A stretch of 64,000 nt of DNA. It comes from a virus. Both the position numbers and the translations under genes were made by a program. Below, piece by piece: positions 9,735 through 17,743 of the stretch. The stretch spans positions 1 through 64,000 of IMG/VR virus record IMGVR_UViG_3300037042_001212; one strand, written 5' to 3'. How positions within the stretch are numbered: the stretch's first letter is position 1; every line of letters starts with the position of its first letter. The notes under the pieces are model-generated. The model was not told the DNA's origin, searched no databases, and saw only the letters and a list, made by a program, of their open reading frames with translations.

Positions 9735-10272
9735 TGATTGGACTTCGCTGCAACCCATGAGCCATGTTAAAATGTGCTTTTGGCTTATGGGTTCGCACAA
9801 TGGAACGGAAACCGGAAGAAGCGAAGTTCTGCGAGTGTTGCGGATTGGAAATGCAGCGCAAGAGATTCAACGGGAGATTGGAAGACCTGTCGGTGTTCAT
9901 GAAGCGGCGCTTTTGCTCGCTGAGTTGTGCGAACACGCGAACCGACCTGACGAAGCACGGGTATTCATGGCGTGCGCGAAAGCACTTGAAGAAGAATTGC
10001 GAGGCGTGCAGCTACGCGAGGGCACTACAGGCGCACCACATCGACCAAGACAAAACCAACAACGAGCCGGAGAACATCCAGACTCTGTGCAAGCACTGTC
10101 ACGATTTCTGGCACACCACGGCCAAACGTATTGGCAGGACGGTCGCTGGGAGGATGCCACGCTTCGAGTGGCTCATGGGGTGGCCGCTAGGGTGGACAGA
10201 CTTAAATCCATTGGAAACGGACAAGTTCCAGCAGTGGCTGCAACAGCATGGAGAATCTTGAATGCTCCGTGA
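8962..10272 (+). CDS. C5 methyltransferase beta polypeptide in an overlapping +1 frame (WPTP repeats, motif IX, linker, motif X)
   Basis: Own AAGGGG RBS; LNPTWVEKLMGWP (IX) and RLKSIGNGQVP (X); stays open through the insertion. Confidence 0.75.
   Translation: MSWLFSQALVEEFSAASCLDGKPSALLSGNPIQQAYCAPDKMTDFSRLSRFGMTFKPLTADRGEALLMSYLAGFHAKTSPQQEKEQESPAAGQDSGLKWQGLLAKYNHATRSWKTAQSSLLADLEQSLEIWPRWGSMRNGVSYQQQTLVRRTSEKESGLWPTPDTRGFVNEGSIAMLAKKAGSHAEYVAMGYRAAAKKKEKYWPTPSASDNRDRGNLSTPAIQRRLSKGKQLMLSMVVSEVSGQLNPTWVEKLMGWPDDWTSLQPMSHVKMCFWLMGSHNGTETGRSEVLRVLRIGNAAQEIQREIGRPVGVHEAALLLAELCEHANRPDEARVFMACAKALEEELRGVQLREGTTGAPHRPRQNQQRAGEHPDSVQALSRFLAHHGQTYWQDGRWEDATLRVAHGVAARVDRLKSIGNGQVPAVAATAWRILNAP
9711..10164 (+). 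mobile_element. 454-bp HNH-encoding insertion in the methyltransferase
   Basis: Removing it restores both frames: alpha EPNVG|RVAHGVAARVDRLKSIGNG and beta LNPTWV|EWLMGWPLGWTDL. Confidence 0.8.
9764..10261 (+). CDS. HNH (homing-type) endonuclease fused to the ancestral beta C-terminus
   Basis: CECC, FCSLSC, CEAC, HHIDQDKTNN..ENIQTLCKHCH; real start may be ATG 9800. Confidence 0.85.
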   Translation: MLKCAFGLWVRTMERKPEEAKFCECCGLEMQRKRFNGRLEDLSVFMKRRFCSLSCANTRTDLTKHGYSWRARKHLKKNCEACSYARALQAHHIDQDKTNNEPENIQTLCKHCHDFWHTTAKRIGRTVAGRMPRFEWLMGWPLGWTDLNPLETDKFQQWLQQHGES

Positions 10273-11863
10273 ATACCAACAACGCACCATTGACCAACTC
10301 TACGCATGGTTTGAGGCAGGCAACGCTGGCAATCCTTGCTTGGTGCTGCCGACCGGTTCAGGCAAGAGCCACATCGTGGCTGCGCTGTGCAAGGATGCCA
10401 TCCAGAACTGGCCCGAAACCGTTGTGCTGATGCTGACTCATGTGAAGGAATTGATCGAGCAGAACGCTGAGAAGATGCGCCAGCACTGGCCGGGTGCGCC
10501 GCTTGGCATCTACAGCGCCAGCATTGGCCGCAAGGACTTGGGTGAGCCGATTACCTTTGCCGGAATCCAGTCAGTGCGAAACAAGGCAAAGGAGCTGGGC
10601 CATGTCGATCTGGTGATCATCGACGAGTGCCACTTGGTCAATCATAAGGATGAGGGCGGCTACCGCAAGCTGTTGGGCGAGTTGAAGGCCATCAATCCGC
10701 ACCTGCGGGTGATCGGTCTGACCGCCACGCCATACCGGTTGGGGCATGGCCTGATCACCGATGAGCCTGCCCTGTTTGACGATCTGATCGAGCCGGTCAG
10801 CATCGAGGAGCTGGTGTTTAAGGGCTACCTTGCCACCCTGCGGAGCAAGATCACCAAGGCCAAGCTGGACACGACTGGGGTGCATAAGCGCGGGGGGGAG
10901 TTCATTGAGTCCGAGTTGCAGGCCGCTGTTGATACCAAGGAAAACAACGAGCGCGTGGTGCGCGAGATCGTCGAGCTGGCAGACGAGCGTAAAGCATGGT
11001 TGGTGTTTTGCACAGGCGTACAGCACGCGGAGCACATTGCCTCAGTCCTGCGCCAGCATGGGGTGGCAACAGAGTGCGTGCTGGGAGAAACGCCGAAAAA
11101 AGAACGTGAGCAAATAATTGCAGATTTTAAGGCTGGTCGAATCAGAGCATTAACAAACGCAAATGTGCTGACCACGGGATTTGATTACCCTGACATTGAT
11201 CTGATTGCCATGCTGCGCCCGACCATGAGCGCCAGTTTATATGTGCAGATGGCTGGCCGCGGCATGAGGGTCAAGAGCCACACCGATCACTGTTTGGTGC
11301 TGGACTTTGCCGGTGTAGTGGCAAGTCACGGGCCGATCACCAACGTGCAAATATCAAAAAAAAGCGGCACTGGCAACGGAGAGATGCCGGTCAAGGTCTG
11401 CGACAAATGCGGAGAGCTTGTCCATATTTCGATAATGATCTGCCCGGCCTGCTTGCATCCATTCCCTGAGCCTGAGCACAAAAAGCTGGAACTGCACCAC
11501 GATGACATTATGGGCTTAGAAGGCAAAGACCTTGAGATTAAAAGCTGGAACTGGCGCATTCATACCAGCAAAGCAAGTGGGAAACTGATGCTGGCCTGCA
11601 CGTATTACGGTGACTTGTCTGATAAGCCAATAACCGAATACCTGCCGGTGCTGCATGACGGCTATGCAGGGCAAAGGGCAATGCAGCAATTGTTCACGAT
11701 GGCCGCATCGTCTCGTGCCAATCTTGCCCCGGCATACACCCTGCAAGATGAAGATTCGTTGAATTATATTTCAACAGAGATGAGCAATTCAGAGCCGCCA
11801 AAGCTGATTGAATACCGCAAGGATGGGAAGTTCTTTCGAGTCATTAAAAGGAATTGGGAATGA
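10262..11863 (+). CDS. SF2 DExH helicase (RadD/YejH-like) with zinc finger
   Basis: LREYQ, PTGSGKS, DECH, TAT, TTGFD, QMAGRGMR, CDKC..CPAC. Confidence 0.92.
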   Translation: MLREYQQRTIDQLYAWFEAGNAGNPCLVLPTGSGKSHIVAALCKDAIQNWPETVVLMLTHVKELIEQNAEKMRQHWPGAPLGIYSASIGRKDLGEPITFAGIQSVRNKAKELGHVDLVIIDECHLVNHKDEGGYRKLLGELKAINPHLRVIGLTATPYRLGHGLITDEPALFDDLIEPVSIEELVFKGYLATLRSKITKAKLDTTGVHKRGGEFIESELQAAVDTKENNERVVREIVELADERKAWLVFCTGVQHAEHIASVLRQHGVATECVLGETPKKEREQIIADFKAGRIRALTNANVLTTGFDYPDIDLIAMLRPTMSASLYVQMAGRGMRVKSHTDHCLVLDFAGVVASHGPITNVQISKKSGTGNGEMPVKVCDKCGELVHISIMICPACLHPFPEPEHKKLELHHDDIMGLEGKDLEIKSWNWRIHTSKASGKLMLACTYYGDLSDKPITEYLPVLHDGYAGQRAMQQLFTMAASSRANLAPAYTLQDEDSLNYISTEMSNSEPPKLIEYRKDGKFFRVIKRNWE

Positions 11864-12057
11864 AAACAAGACCGCCAGCGCCGCAATTCGTCACCGACTA
11901 CCGGGAATGGGTCAAGGCTGGCCCTCCGAAATGCTGCCATACGTGCGAGAGTTACGGCACTGATGGACTGTGCACCGAGTTCTTCATGGAGCCGCCGGCA
12001 GAGTTTGCTGAGACCGTCGATGTTTGCCCGAAGTGGGAATGTGAAGTTCCTTTTTGA
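11860..12057 (+). CDS. Small Cys-rich hypothetical protein
   Basis: ATGA overlap with the helicase stop; CCHTC...C...C. Confidence 0.65.
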   Translation: MKTRPPAPQFVTDYREWVKAGPPKCCHTCESYGTDGLCTEFFMEPPAEFAETVDVCPKWECEVPF

Positions 12058-12073
12058 TGAATAGGAAAATAAA

Positions 12074-12259
12074 ATGAACGAAAAACTAGAGGCTGCAATC
12101 GCTTACCTGCGGAGCCGCAACAAATACGTGCTTGATGCAGGCTGCAACTTTGTGCCAACGAAATCAGTGCAGACCGATGTTGCCGAGACAATTCGCATTT
12201 ATCGGCGGGAGGTTGAGGAGGTCAAGCCGATCAGCCTGGTGAAAGGCAAGAAGAAATGA
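12074..12259 (+). CDS. Hypothetical protein, paralog of 16656-16844
   Basis: AGGA RBS; about 70% identical to the 16656 ORF by manual alignment. Confidence 0.8.
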   Translation: MNEKLEAAIAYLRSRNKYVLDAGCNFVPTKSVQTDVAETIRIYRREVEEVKPISLVKGKKK

Positions 12260-12534
12260 AGTGTGACTGCGGGTCAAAAACGCGTGTGCTGGACAGCAGG
12301 GGGGTCAGCCGGCGCAGGGAGTGCCTGAAATGCTTTATGCGTTTTTCGACAGAGGAAGTTGTTGTCACCAAGCCGGTCAAGTTTATTGAGAAAAAGAAAC
12401 GCCAAACTAAAAAGCGCGTCAAAAACATCTTGCCGACAAACAACTGGCAACAAGTGGCAAAGAACATTAGCGCACGCCGGAAGCTGGAAGAACTGCGCGA
12501 CAACGTAAAAGAGGGTGACTATGAAAATTATTGA
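12256..12534 (+). CDS. NrdR-like zinc-ribbon protein
   Basis: MKCDCGSKTRVLDSR...RRRECLKC..RFSTEE. Confidence 0.7.
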   Translation: MKCDCGSKTRVLDSRGVSRRRECLKCFMRFSTEEVVVTKPVKFIEKKKRQTKKRVKNILPTNNWQQVAKNISARRKLEELRDNVKEGDYENY

Positions 12535-12880
12535 CCGGATTCCGACAGAGCACGAAGAACAGCGTCTGCTGGTGTGGTGGTTCCGCCGTAAATGGCCTGA
12601 CGTTCGCATCTTTGCCATCCCTAACGGCGGGGCAAGAAGCATTATTACCGCAGGGCGGTTGAAGGCCGAGGGCGTGTCTCCGGGCGTTCCTGACCTGTTT
12701 ATACCGGCCTGGAAGCTATGGATTGAGATGAAACGGGCCAAGGGGGGGAGTTTAAGTGCCGAACAAAAGGATTTCATCAAATACCTTGAAAGTGTTGGAT
12801 TCTCGTGTATAGTGGGAAAAGGTAATCAGGATGCACAGGACAAGATTACTGCCTTTTTCACCAAAAACGAGGGGTTATGA
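12515..12880 (+). CDS. VRR-NUC domain nuclease
   Basis: EHEEQ, AIPNGG, GVPDL, IEMK, LSAEQ. Confidence 0.85.
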   Translation: MTMKIIDRIPTEHEEQRLLVWWFRRKWPDVRIFAIPNGGARSIITAGRLKAEGVSPGVPDLFIPAWKLWIEMKRAKGGSLSAEQKDFIKYLESVGFSCIVGKGNQDAQDKITAFFTKNEGL

Positions 12881-13074
12881 AATGAAAAACGAAATTATTG
12901 ATATTGGTGGCCAAAATTGGCTGGTTAAAGAATCTGTGTCAAAGGATGAAGCCCTGAACGCAATTGCACACGCTCGTTGCACTGGAAGCCTTGGCTCTAA
13001 ACACGTTGAGAATTGCAACGGCATTGAGCGAGTGTTGGCTGACGTTAGCCGATCTAACTAATGGATTTAATGAA

Positions 13075-13230
13075 ATGACCACCAAAATCAAAGACCGCTA
13101 CATGACCATCCGGCTTCCTGCCGACATCGAGCGCGAGCTTCGCAAGATGGCCGAAGCGAATACTCGCACGCTGGCTGCGGAGATTCTGCACTGCGTGAAG
13201 ATCGAGATTGCAAAAAAAGAACAATCATGA
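13075..13230 (+). CDS. Arc-like ribbon-helix-helix protein
   Basis: MTIRLPADIERELRKMAEANTRTLAAEI. Confidence 0.75.
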   Translation: MTTKIKDRYMTIRLPADIERELRKMAEANTRTLAAEILHCVKIEIAKKEQS

Positions 13231-13394
13231 ACATGAGCAAACAATACAACCACGACCCGCGACATTTCCGCTTTCCACGCACGATGGAGAACACCGGCTA
13301 TGCAATTCAGGACTGCACCGGCCAGAGTCGATTGGCCGACAAGATTGTTTTTGTTGGCGCAATGGCCATTTTTCTGATGTTGGTTTTGGTATGA
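13227..13394 (+). CDS. Small membrane protein (55 aa, below the ORF-track cutoff)
   Basis: ATGA-coupled at both ends; C-terminal hydrophobic segment. Confidence 0.55.
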   Translation: MNMSKQYNHDPRHFRFPRTMENTGYAIQDCTGQSRLADKIVFVGAMAIFLMLVLV

Positions 13395-13555
13395 GTGCCA
13401 ATCAAGTGTGCAACGGCAACTGCAACCAAGGCCGAAGCTGCGACTGCGTGACGGATTACGTATTCGATGGCCTGTTTACTTTGGGTTTCTTGGTGACGGT
13501 GCTGGCGGTTGGCGGCATCGTCGGGTTTTTAATTGGCTATCTGATGGGGGAGTGA
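13391..13555 (+). CDS. Small membrane protein with CNGNCNQGRSCDC motif
   Basis: ATGA-coupled; hydrophobic C-terminus. Confidence 0.6.
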   Translation: MSANQVCNGNCNQGRSCDCVTDYVFDGLFTLGFLVTVLAVGGIVGFLIGYLMGE

Positions 13556-13556
13556 A

Positions 13557-14153
13557 ATGAAAACAACACTAAACGCAATTCGCAAGCATGACCCATGCGC
13601 TGATGGCTGGAAAAAACTGTTGCAATACTTGGGCAAAACCGAGGCTGATGACGAACCACTTTTAATCAGCACAATCTTGAGCAGCAACGGCCTCGATGAT
13701 GCGCTGTGGTGCTTATGCGCCGTTGATGGTCACGACAAAGAGATACGTCTCTTGGCTGTGGCGTATGCCCGGAAAGTGCAGCACTTGATGACTGACAACC
13801 GAAGCATTGCGGCACTTGATGTCGCAGAGCGACATGCTCATGGCAAAGCATCTGACGATGATTTGGCTGCTGCGGGGGCTGCGGCGGGGGCTGCGGTGGA
13901 TGCGGCGTGGGCTGCGAGGGCTGCGGCGAAGGATGCGGCGATGGCTGCGGCGTGGGATGCGAGGGCTGCGGCGAGGGATGCGGCGTGGGATGCGGCTGCG
14001 GTGGATGCGGGGGATGCGGCGTGGGATGCGGCGAGGGATGCGAGGGATGCTGCGAGGGCTGCGGCGAGGGATGCGGCGAGGGATGCGGAAAAAGAATCGC
14101 AGGCAATCATGCTGCTGGATGTTTGTAAAACGATAGAGGAGACTGAGAAATGA
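13557..14153 (+). CDS. Phage protein with Ala-rich (AARD/AAWD) tandem repeats
   Basis: HDPCADGW...GLDDALW N-terminal domain; 12-nt repeat tract at ~13868-14088. Confidence 0.75.
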   Translation: MKTTLNAIRKHDPCADGWKKLLQYLGKTEADDEPLLISTILSSNGLDDALWCLCAVDGHDKEIRLLAVAYARKVQHLMTDNRSIAALDVAERHAHGKASDDDLAAAGAAAGAAVDAAWAARAAAKDAAMAAAWDARAAARDAAWDAAAVDAGDAAWDAARDARDAARAAARDAARDAEKESQAIMLLDVCKTIEETEK

Positions 14154-14620
14154 CCGACACGAAGCCGACGATTGAGGAACAGATTGAATGGGCCGAAGTA
14201 TTGATTAAGTGCGATAGCGGTATTGCACCAGCAGTCCTCGCCAGCCTCAAGCGACTGCAAGCTATTGAGGCGCAGCCGGTGCCGGTGGAGCCTGCTTATA
14301 TCCGTCATTTACGCGCATTGTTAGGAGGGAAATGTGCAGATTTTTACGACATTGGATCAGATAATTTAAAGCTGATACTCGCGCATATCGACTCCCTGCA
14401 ATCCGCGCTACAGGTGGCGCAGCAGGAATTAGAAGTGCAAATGGTAGGCTGGTCTGACTGCGAAGAAAAACTCACAAAAGCCGAGGCCTGCAACAAGCAA
14501 CTGGTGGAGTTGTTGAAGGAATTGCTAGGTGCGCTGAAACATCCGGTGCCGCCGACACAAAAACAGTGGGATGCAATCGGGGTCGTATCAGACAACATTC
14601 TGCGGGAGATGGGGAAATGA
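14150..14620 (+). CDS. Hypothetical protein
   Basis: ATGA-coupled; coiled-coil segment. Confidence 0.65.
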   Translation: MTDTKPTIEEQIEWAEVLIKCDSGIAPAVLASLKRLQAIEAQPVPVEPAYIRHLRALLGGKCADFYDIGSDNLKLILAHIDSLQSALQVAQQELEVQMVGWSDCEEKLTKAEACNKQLVELLKELLGALKHPVPPTQKQWDAIGVVSDNILREMGK

Positions 14621-14829
14621 TCAGCCATCCAGACAGAGTAGAACTTTACGGTAACGGGAAACTACTTGTTGCTCTTGACTCGTCAATAGTTCCGGCAGTC
14701 GGCAGTTTTGTCAGTATTCGCGGAGAAACGTGGAAAGTTGACCGCGTGACTTACGCCGTCGATTACGCTGACAAAATGATGGAGAGATACATGCGGGCAA
14801 ATGTTGAAATGAAAAAGGCTAAGAAATGA
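14617..14829 (+). CDS. Hypothetical protein
   Basis: ATGA-coupled start at 14617. Confidence 0.6.
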   Translation: MISHPDRVELYGNGKLLVALDSSIVPAVGSFVSIRGETWKVDRVTYAVDYADKMMERYMRANVEMKKAKK

Positions 14830-15155
14830 CCCTACCAACTGACAAGGTAAACGCTTTGTGGGTCAAAGCATCCGATGATGCGGAAGGTATGCGACTAGGT
14901 TACACAATGCAGCATCATTATTTCGCCGCCCTGATTCAGCGGGAGATGGATGCCGAGAACGCGGAACTGCGGAAGGATGCTATTAAATGGCTTGAAGATA
15001 ATCACACGCTGCATACATCAGTAGAAATTCTCTACGTTGTTGACGGCTATGAGGTTACAGTAATGCACGAAAACGGAGTCACGCCGCTTTCTAAAACTTA
15101 TCACGGCGAGACTTTGCTTACCGCCATCGACAGAGCAAGGAGCGCAAATGAGTAA
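14826..15155 (+). CDS. Hypothetical protein containing AENAELRKDA
   Basis: ATGA-coupled. Confidence 0.65.
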   Translation: MTLPTDKVNALWVKASDDAEGMRLGYTMQHHYFAALIQREMDAENAELRKDAIKWLEDNHTLHTSVEILYVVDGYEVTVMHENGVTPLSKTYHGETLLTAIDRARSANE

Positions 15156-15284
15156 CGAAGCACTTGTAAAGCAGCTACGGAAGCTGGCACCTATATGCCG
15201 AGGCAAATCAGAGATTTACATTGAAAAGGCAGCGGACGAAATTGAACGGCTGCTGGCCGAGAACGCGGAACTGCGGAAGGATGC
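14952..15284 (+). repeat. Perfect 29-bp direct repeat (14952-14980 and 15256-15284)
   Basis: gccgagaacgcggaactgcggaaggatgc, in the same coding phase in two adjacent genes. Confidence 0.95.
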
Positions 15285-15420
15285 GGAACGGGAGTGGGTA
15301 GGTCTGGCGGATGAAGAGATCAAGGACATCGTAGGGCGCAATGACCCCGGTGGAATTGGTCGATACACACGGGATTTGTTCATGAAGATTGAGGATAAGT
15401 TAAGGGAGAAGAACGGATGA
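15148..15420 (+). CDS. Hypothetical protein containing AENAELRKDA and WVGLADEEI
   Basis: AAGGAG RBS. Confidence 0.7.
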   Translation: MSNEALVKQLRKLAPICRGKSEIYIEKAADEIERLLAENAELRKDAEREWVGLADEEIKDIVGRNDPGGIGRYTRDLFMKIEDKLREKNG

Positions 15421-15623
15421 AACTGTTCATGAAGTCGCACTTTGAGAAGGAAGCGCGTGAGGTGAAGCCTCCGCTGGACTACGAAGCGGTCTGCGTGTCA
15501 TGCGCGGGCAAGCTGGGTGGTAAGGTGGATCGCTGGTTGAAGTCCAAATGGACACATGCGAAGTGCGATGTGTGCGGTCACAAGACTGAAGTGACAACCC
15601 CGAAAGAATTCATCTGGAGATAA
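15417..15623 (+). CDS. Zinc-finger hypothetical protein
   Basis: CVSC...CDVC; ATGA-coupled. Confidence 0.65.
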   Translation: MKLFMKSHFEKEAREVKPPLDYEAVCVSCAGKLGGKVDRWLKSKWTHAKCDVCGHKTEVTTPKEFIWR

Positions 15624-15625
15624 TT

Positions 15626-15880
15626 ATGGAAATCTTTAAAATTATTATAGTGGTTGTTGCTATGGCCCTTGCGGTTTGGGTTTTGTACACGCTGGTTAAA
15701 CTGTCGGACAAAGCGAAGGATATGCCTGATGAAGCACCATACAAACTTGAAGCTACCGAAGACGTGGCCGTTTCTAATAAACCCAAGCGCAATTACACCA
15801 AGCGCAGCAGCTACTGGACAGCCAAGCGGAAAAAAGCAGCGGCCAGCAAAGCCAAGAAGCAAACCAGTAAATCTAAATGA
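15626..15880 (+). CDS. Membrane-anchored basic protein
   Basis: GGAG RBS; N-terminal TM segment; Lys-rich tail. Confidence 0.65.
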   Translation: MEIFKIIIVVVAMALAVWVLYTLVKLSDKAKDMPDEAPYKLEATEDVAVSNKPKRNYTKRSSYWTAKRKKAAASKAKKQTSKSK

Positions 15881-15892
15881 GGAGGCATTGCT

Positions 15893-16465
15893 ATGAAGTG
15901 GGAAGAACGAATACTGGCGTATGAAAAAGCAACTGGTTTTCCACGCAGTATGTTTGTCGCAGCGGATGGCAGGGTTGTCGGTACATGGATCATGGGGAAC
16001 GACTACCGAGTGAAGTCAACATACTACGGCGGCTACCCTGCGGGATACCTTCGTAGAATCAAGGCGCTGTTTCCCGACAAGCAAAAGGTTCTGCACTTGT
16101 TCTCCGGCAAAGTAGACACGGCGCTGTTTCCGGGGGACACGGTGGATATCTTAGCTGCAAACAACCCTACATATGTAGACGACGCGCAAACGCTGACGAA
16201 GGTTCCGTTGCACTCTTACGATTTGGTTATGGCTGACCCCCCGTATAGCGTGGAAGACTGCGAACACTATCAGACCACAATGATAAAGCGTAACGTGGTG
16301 ATGCGTAGTCTCGGGGAGCGCTGTAGCCCGGGGGCGCATGTCGTGTGGCTGGATCAGGTGCTCCCCATGTATCGTAAAGACCAATGGGTTATGGAAGCAG
16401 TGATCGGTATGGTGAAAAGCACCAACCACCGGTTCCGCGTTATAACTATTTTTAGGAGGCGTTGA
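15893..16465 (+). CDS. Compact amino-(N6A/N4C) methyltransferase
   Basis: Motif I-like LHLFSG followed by DPPY; GAGGAGG RBS. Confidence 0.75.
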   Translation: MKWEERILAYEKATGFPRSMFVAADGRVVGTWIMGNDYRVKSTYYGGYPAGYLRRIKALFPDKQKVLHLFSGKVDTALFPGDTVDILAANNPTYVDDAQTLTKVPLHSYDLVMADPPYSVEDCEHYQTTMIKRNVVMRSLGERCSPGAHVVWLDQVLPMYRKDQWVMEAVIGMVKSTNHRFRVITIFRRR

Positions 16466-16466
16466 T

Positions 16467-16646
16467 ATGATTACGCGAGACATCACTACAAACGGCATCA
16501 AGCGGACAATAACCGGCAAGCTCTTTGACGAGGAGTTGCGCGTCTACAGGATCGAAGGCGACATCACTGACACAGAAGAACTCAAGGCAATGGCACAGGA
16601 GCTGGCCTTCATGTTTAACTGCAGCAAAGTAACGCTGCGTATCTGA
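16467..16646 (+). CDS. Hypothetical protein (59 aa, below cutoff)
   Basis: AGGAGG RBS; MITRDITTNG...KVTLRI. Confidence 0.6.
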   Translation: MITRDITTNGIKRTITGKLFDEELRVYRIEGDITDTEELKAMAQELAFMFNCSKVTLRI

Positions 16647-16655
16647 GGAGAAACC

Positions 16656-16844
16656 ATGAGACAAGACAAACTTGAAGCCGCCATCGCATACCTACGCGGT
16701 CGCAAGAAGTACAGCGTTGACCCCGGCTGCACGTTCGTGCCGACCAAGCCGGTGCAAACCGATGTGGCCGAGACCATCCGCAAGTACCGTATGGAGGTGG
16801 AGCAGGTGCCCATCATGACGTTTGTGCGTGGGAGAAAAAAATGA
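16656..16844 (+). CDS. Hypothetical protein, paralog of 12074-12259
   Basis: GAGGAG RBS; shares KLEAAIAYLR...FVPTK.VQTDVAETIR. Confidence 0.8.
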   Translation: MRQDKLEAAIAYLRGRKKYSVDPGCTFVPTKPVQTDVAETIRKYRMEVEQVPIMTFVRGRKK

Positions 16845-17010
16845 GACGCGTCTTTGCAGATGATGACGTTCCAAGAGACGCACCTCGCGAATTAAAACCG
16901 TGGGGTAAACCGTTTCGGTTGCAGACCGCTTGGCACACAGCGTTCCCGTGGGCTGATCTGGATAATGTTGGAAAAGAAGATACTGATGATATCTCGAAAG
17001 CAGTTGTCGT

Positions 17011-17190
17011 ATGCCCGGAGTAAAGAACAAGCTGGCCACCGAAGCGGTTACGCGCACTACCGGAACACGCTGGTGCAGTCACTGTCAGAGACACAAGCCC
17101 ATTGAAGGCGGGCGCATGACGGGCGAGTCAAAGAAACCGCAGTACCGGCGCTGGATATGCGCCGGGTGTAACGCACGACGTACACACTAA
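17011..17190 (+). CDS. Small zinc-finger protein (59 aa, below cutoff)
   Basis: WCSHC...WICAGC. Confidence 0.6.
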   Translation: MPGVKNKLATEAVTRTTGTRWCSHCQRHKPIEGGRMTGESKKPQYRRWICAGCNARRTH

Positions 17191-17202
17191 AAGGAGTAAC
17201 AC

Positions 17203-17529
17203 ATGGCATCAACACCGGAGTCGAAAGTGAAGCGTAAAGTCAATGCGATACTTTCCGCGCTGGATTGCTACTTCTTTTACCCGATGACCGGGGGGTATGG
17301 CCGGTCTGGTGTGCCTGACATCATCGGGTGCTACAAGGGTTTGTTTTTTGGTATCGAGTGTAAAGCGGGCAAGGGCAAAGCCACCGCGCTGCAGTGCGCC
17401 AACATTGATGAGATCAACCGCACTGAGGGGCATGCGTTTGTTGTCCGCGAAGATACCGCCACGCTGGAGTTTATTCGAGAGGAACTGGATCATGGCCTTG
17501 CCAATGTCCGCGCTGTCGGAAGACAGTGA
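17203..17529 (+). CDS. VRR-NUC domain nuclease (second, unrelated copy)
   Basis: TPESKVK, GVPDII, GIECKAG, TALQ. Confidence 0.85.
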   Translation: MASTPESKVKRKVNAILSALDCYFFYPMTGGYGRSGVPDIIGCYKGLFFGIECKAGKGKATALQCANIDEINRTEGHAFVVREDTATLEFIREELDHGLANVRAVGRQ

Positions 17530-17743
17530 AGAATCAAAGCAGGAGCACCTCAACTACATCACCAGTATCGTCTGTGAGTGCCTGTGGGGAGAGAACGGTC
17601 ATAAAGCGGTGCTCATACACTGCAATCCCGAAAACAAAGCGCTCGGGGTTTACGCGCTGAACGCTAACAACGAAGAGGTACAGATCATGATTCACGCTGT
17701 TGCACAGCACTACATCCAGCCGCGCCCCGAGGTGCTGCAATGA
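17504..17743 (+). CDS. Hypothetical protein
   Basis: 3' part of the 17297 ORF; stop is coupled to the polymerase start. Confidence 0.5.
   Translation: MSALSEDSEESKQEHLNYITSIVCECLWGENGHKAVLIHCNPENKALGVYALNANNEEVQIMIHAVAQHYIQPRPEVLQ

Noticed and set aside
9711-10164. Group I intron or intein explanation for the methyltransferase insertion
   Set aside because: Nearly all 454 bp is HNH coding sequence, leaving no room for a ribozyme core; none of the frame-restoring boundaries I tried gives both an exon-terminal U and an intron-terminal G; the length is not a multiple of 3 and there are no intein C/S...HN ends
13907-14128. Metallothionein-like Cys/Gly ORF, plus Arg- and Pro/His-rich ORFs in other frames
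   Set aside because: Shadow frames of the 12-nt Ala-rich repeat in 13557-14153; no RBS or independent support
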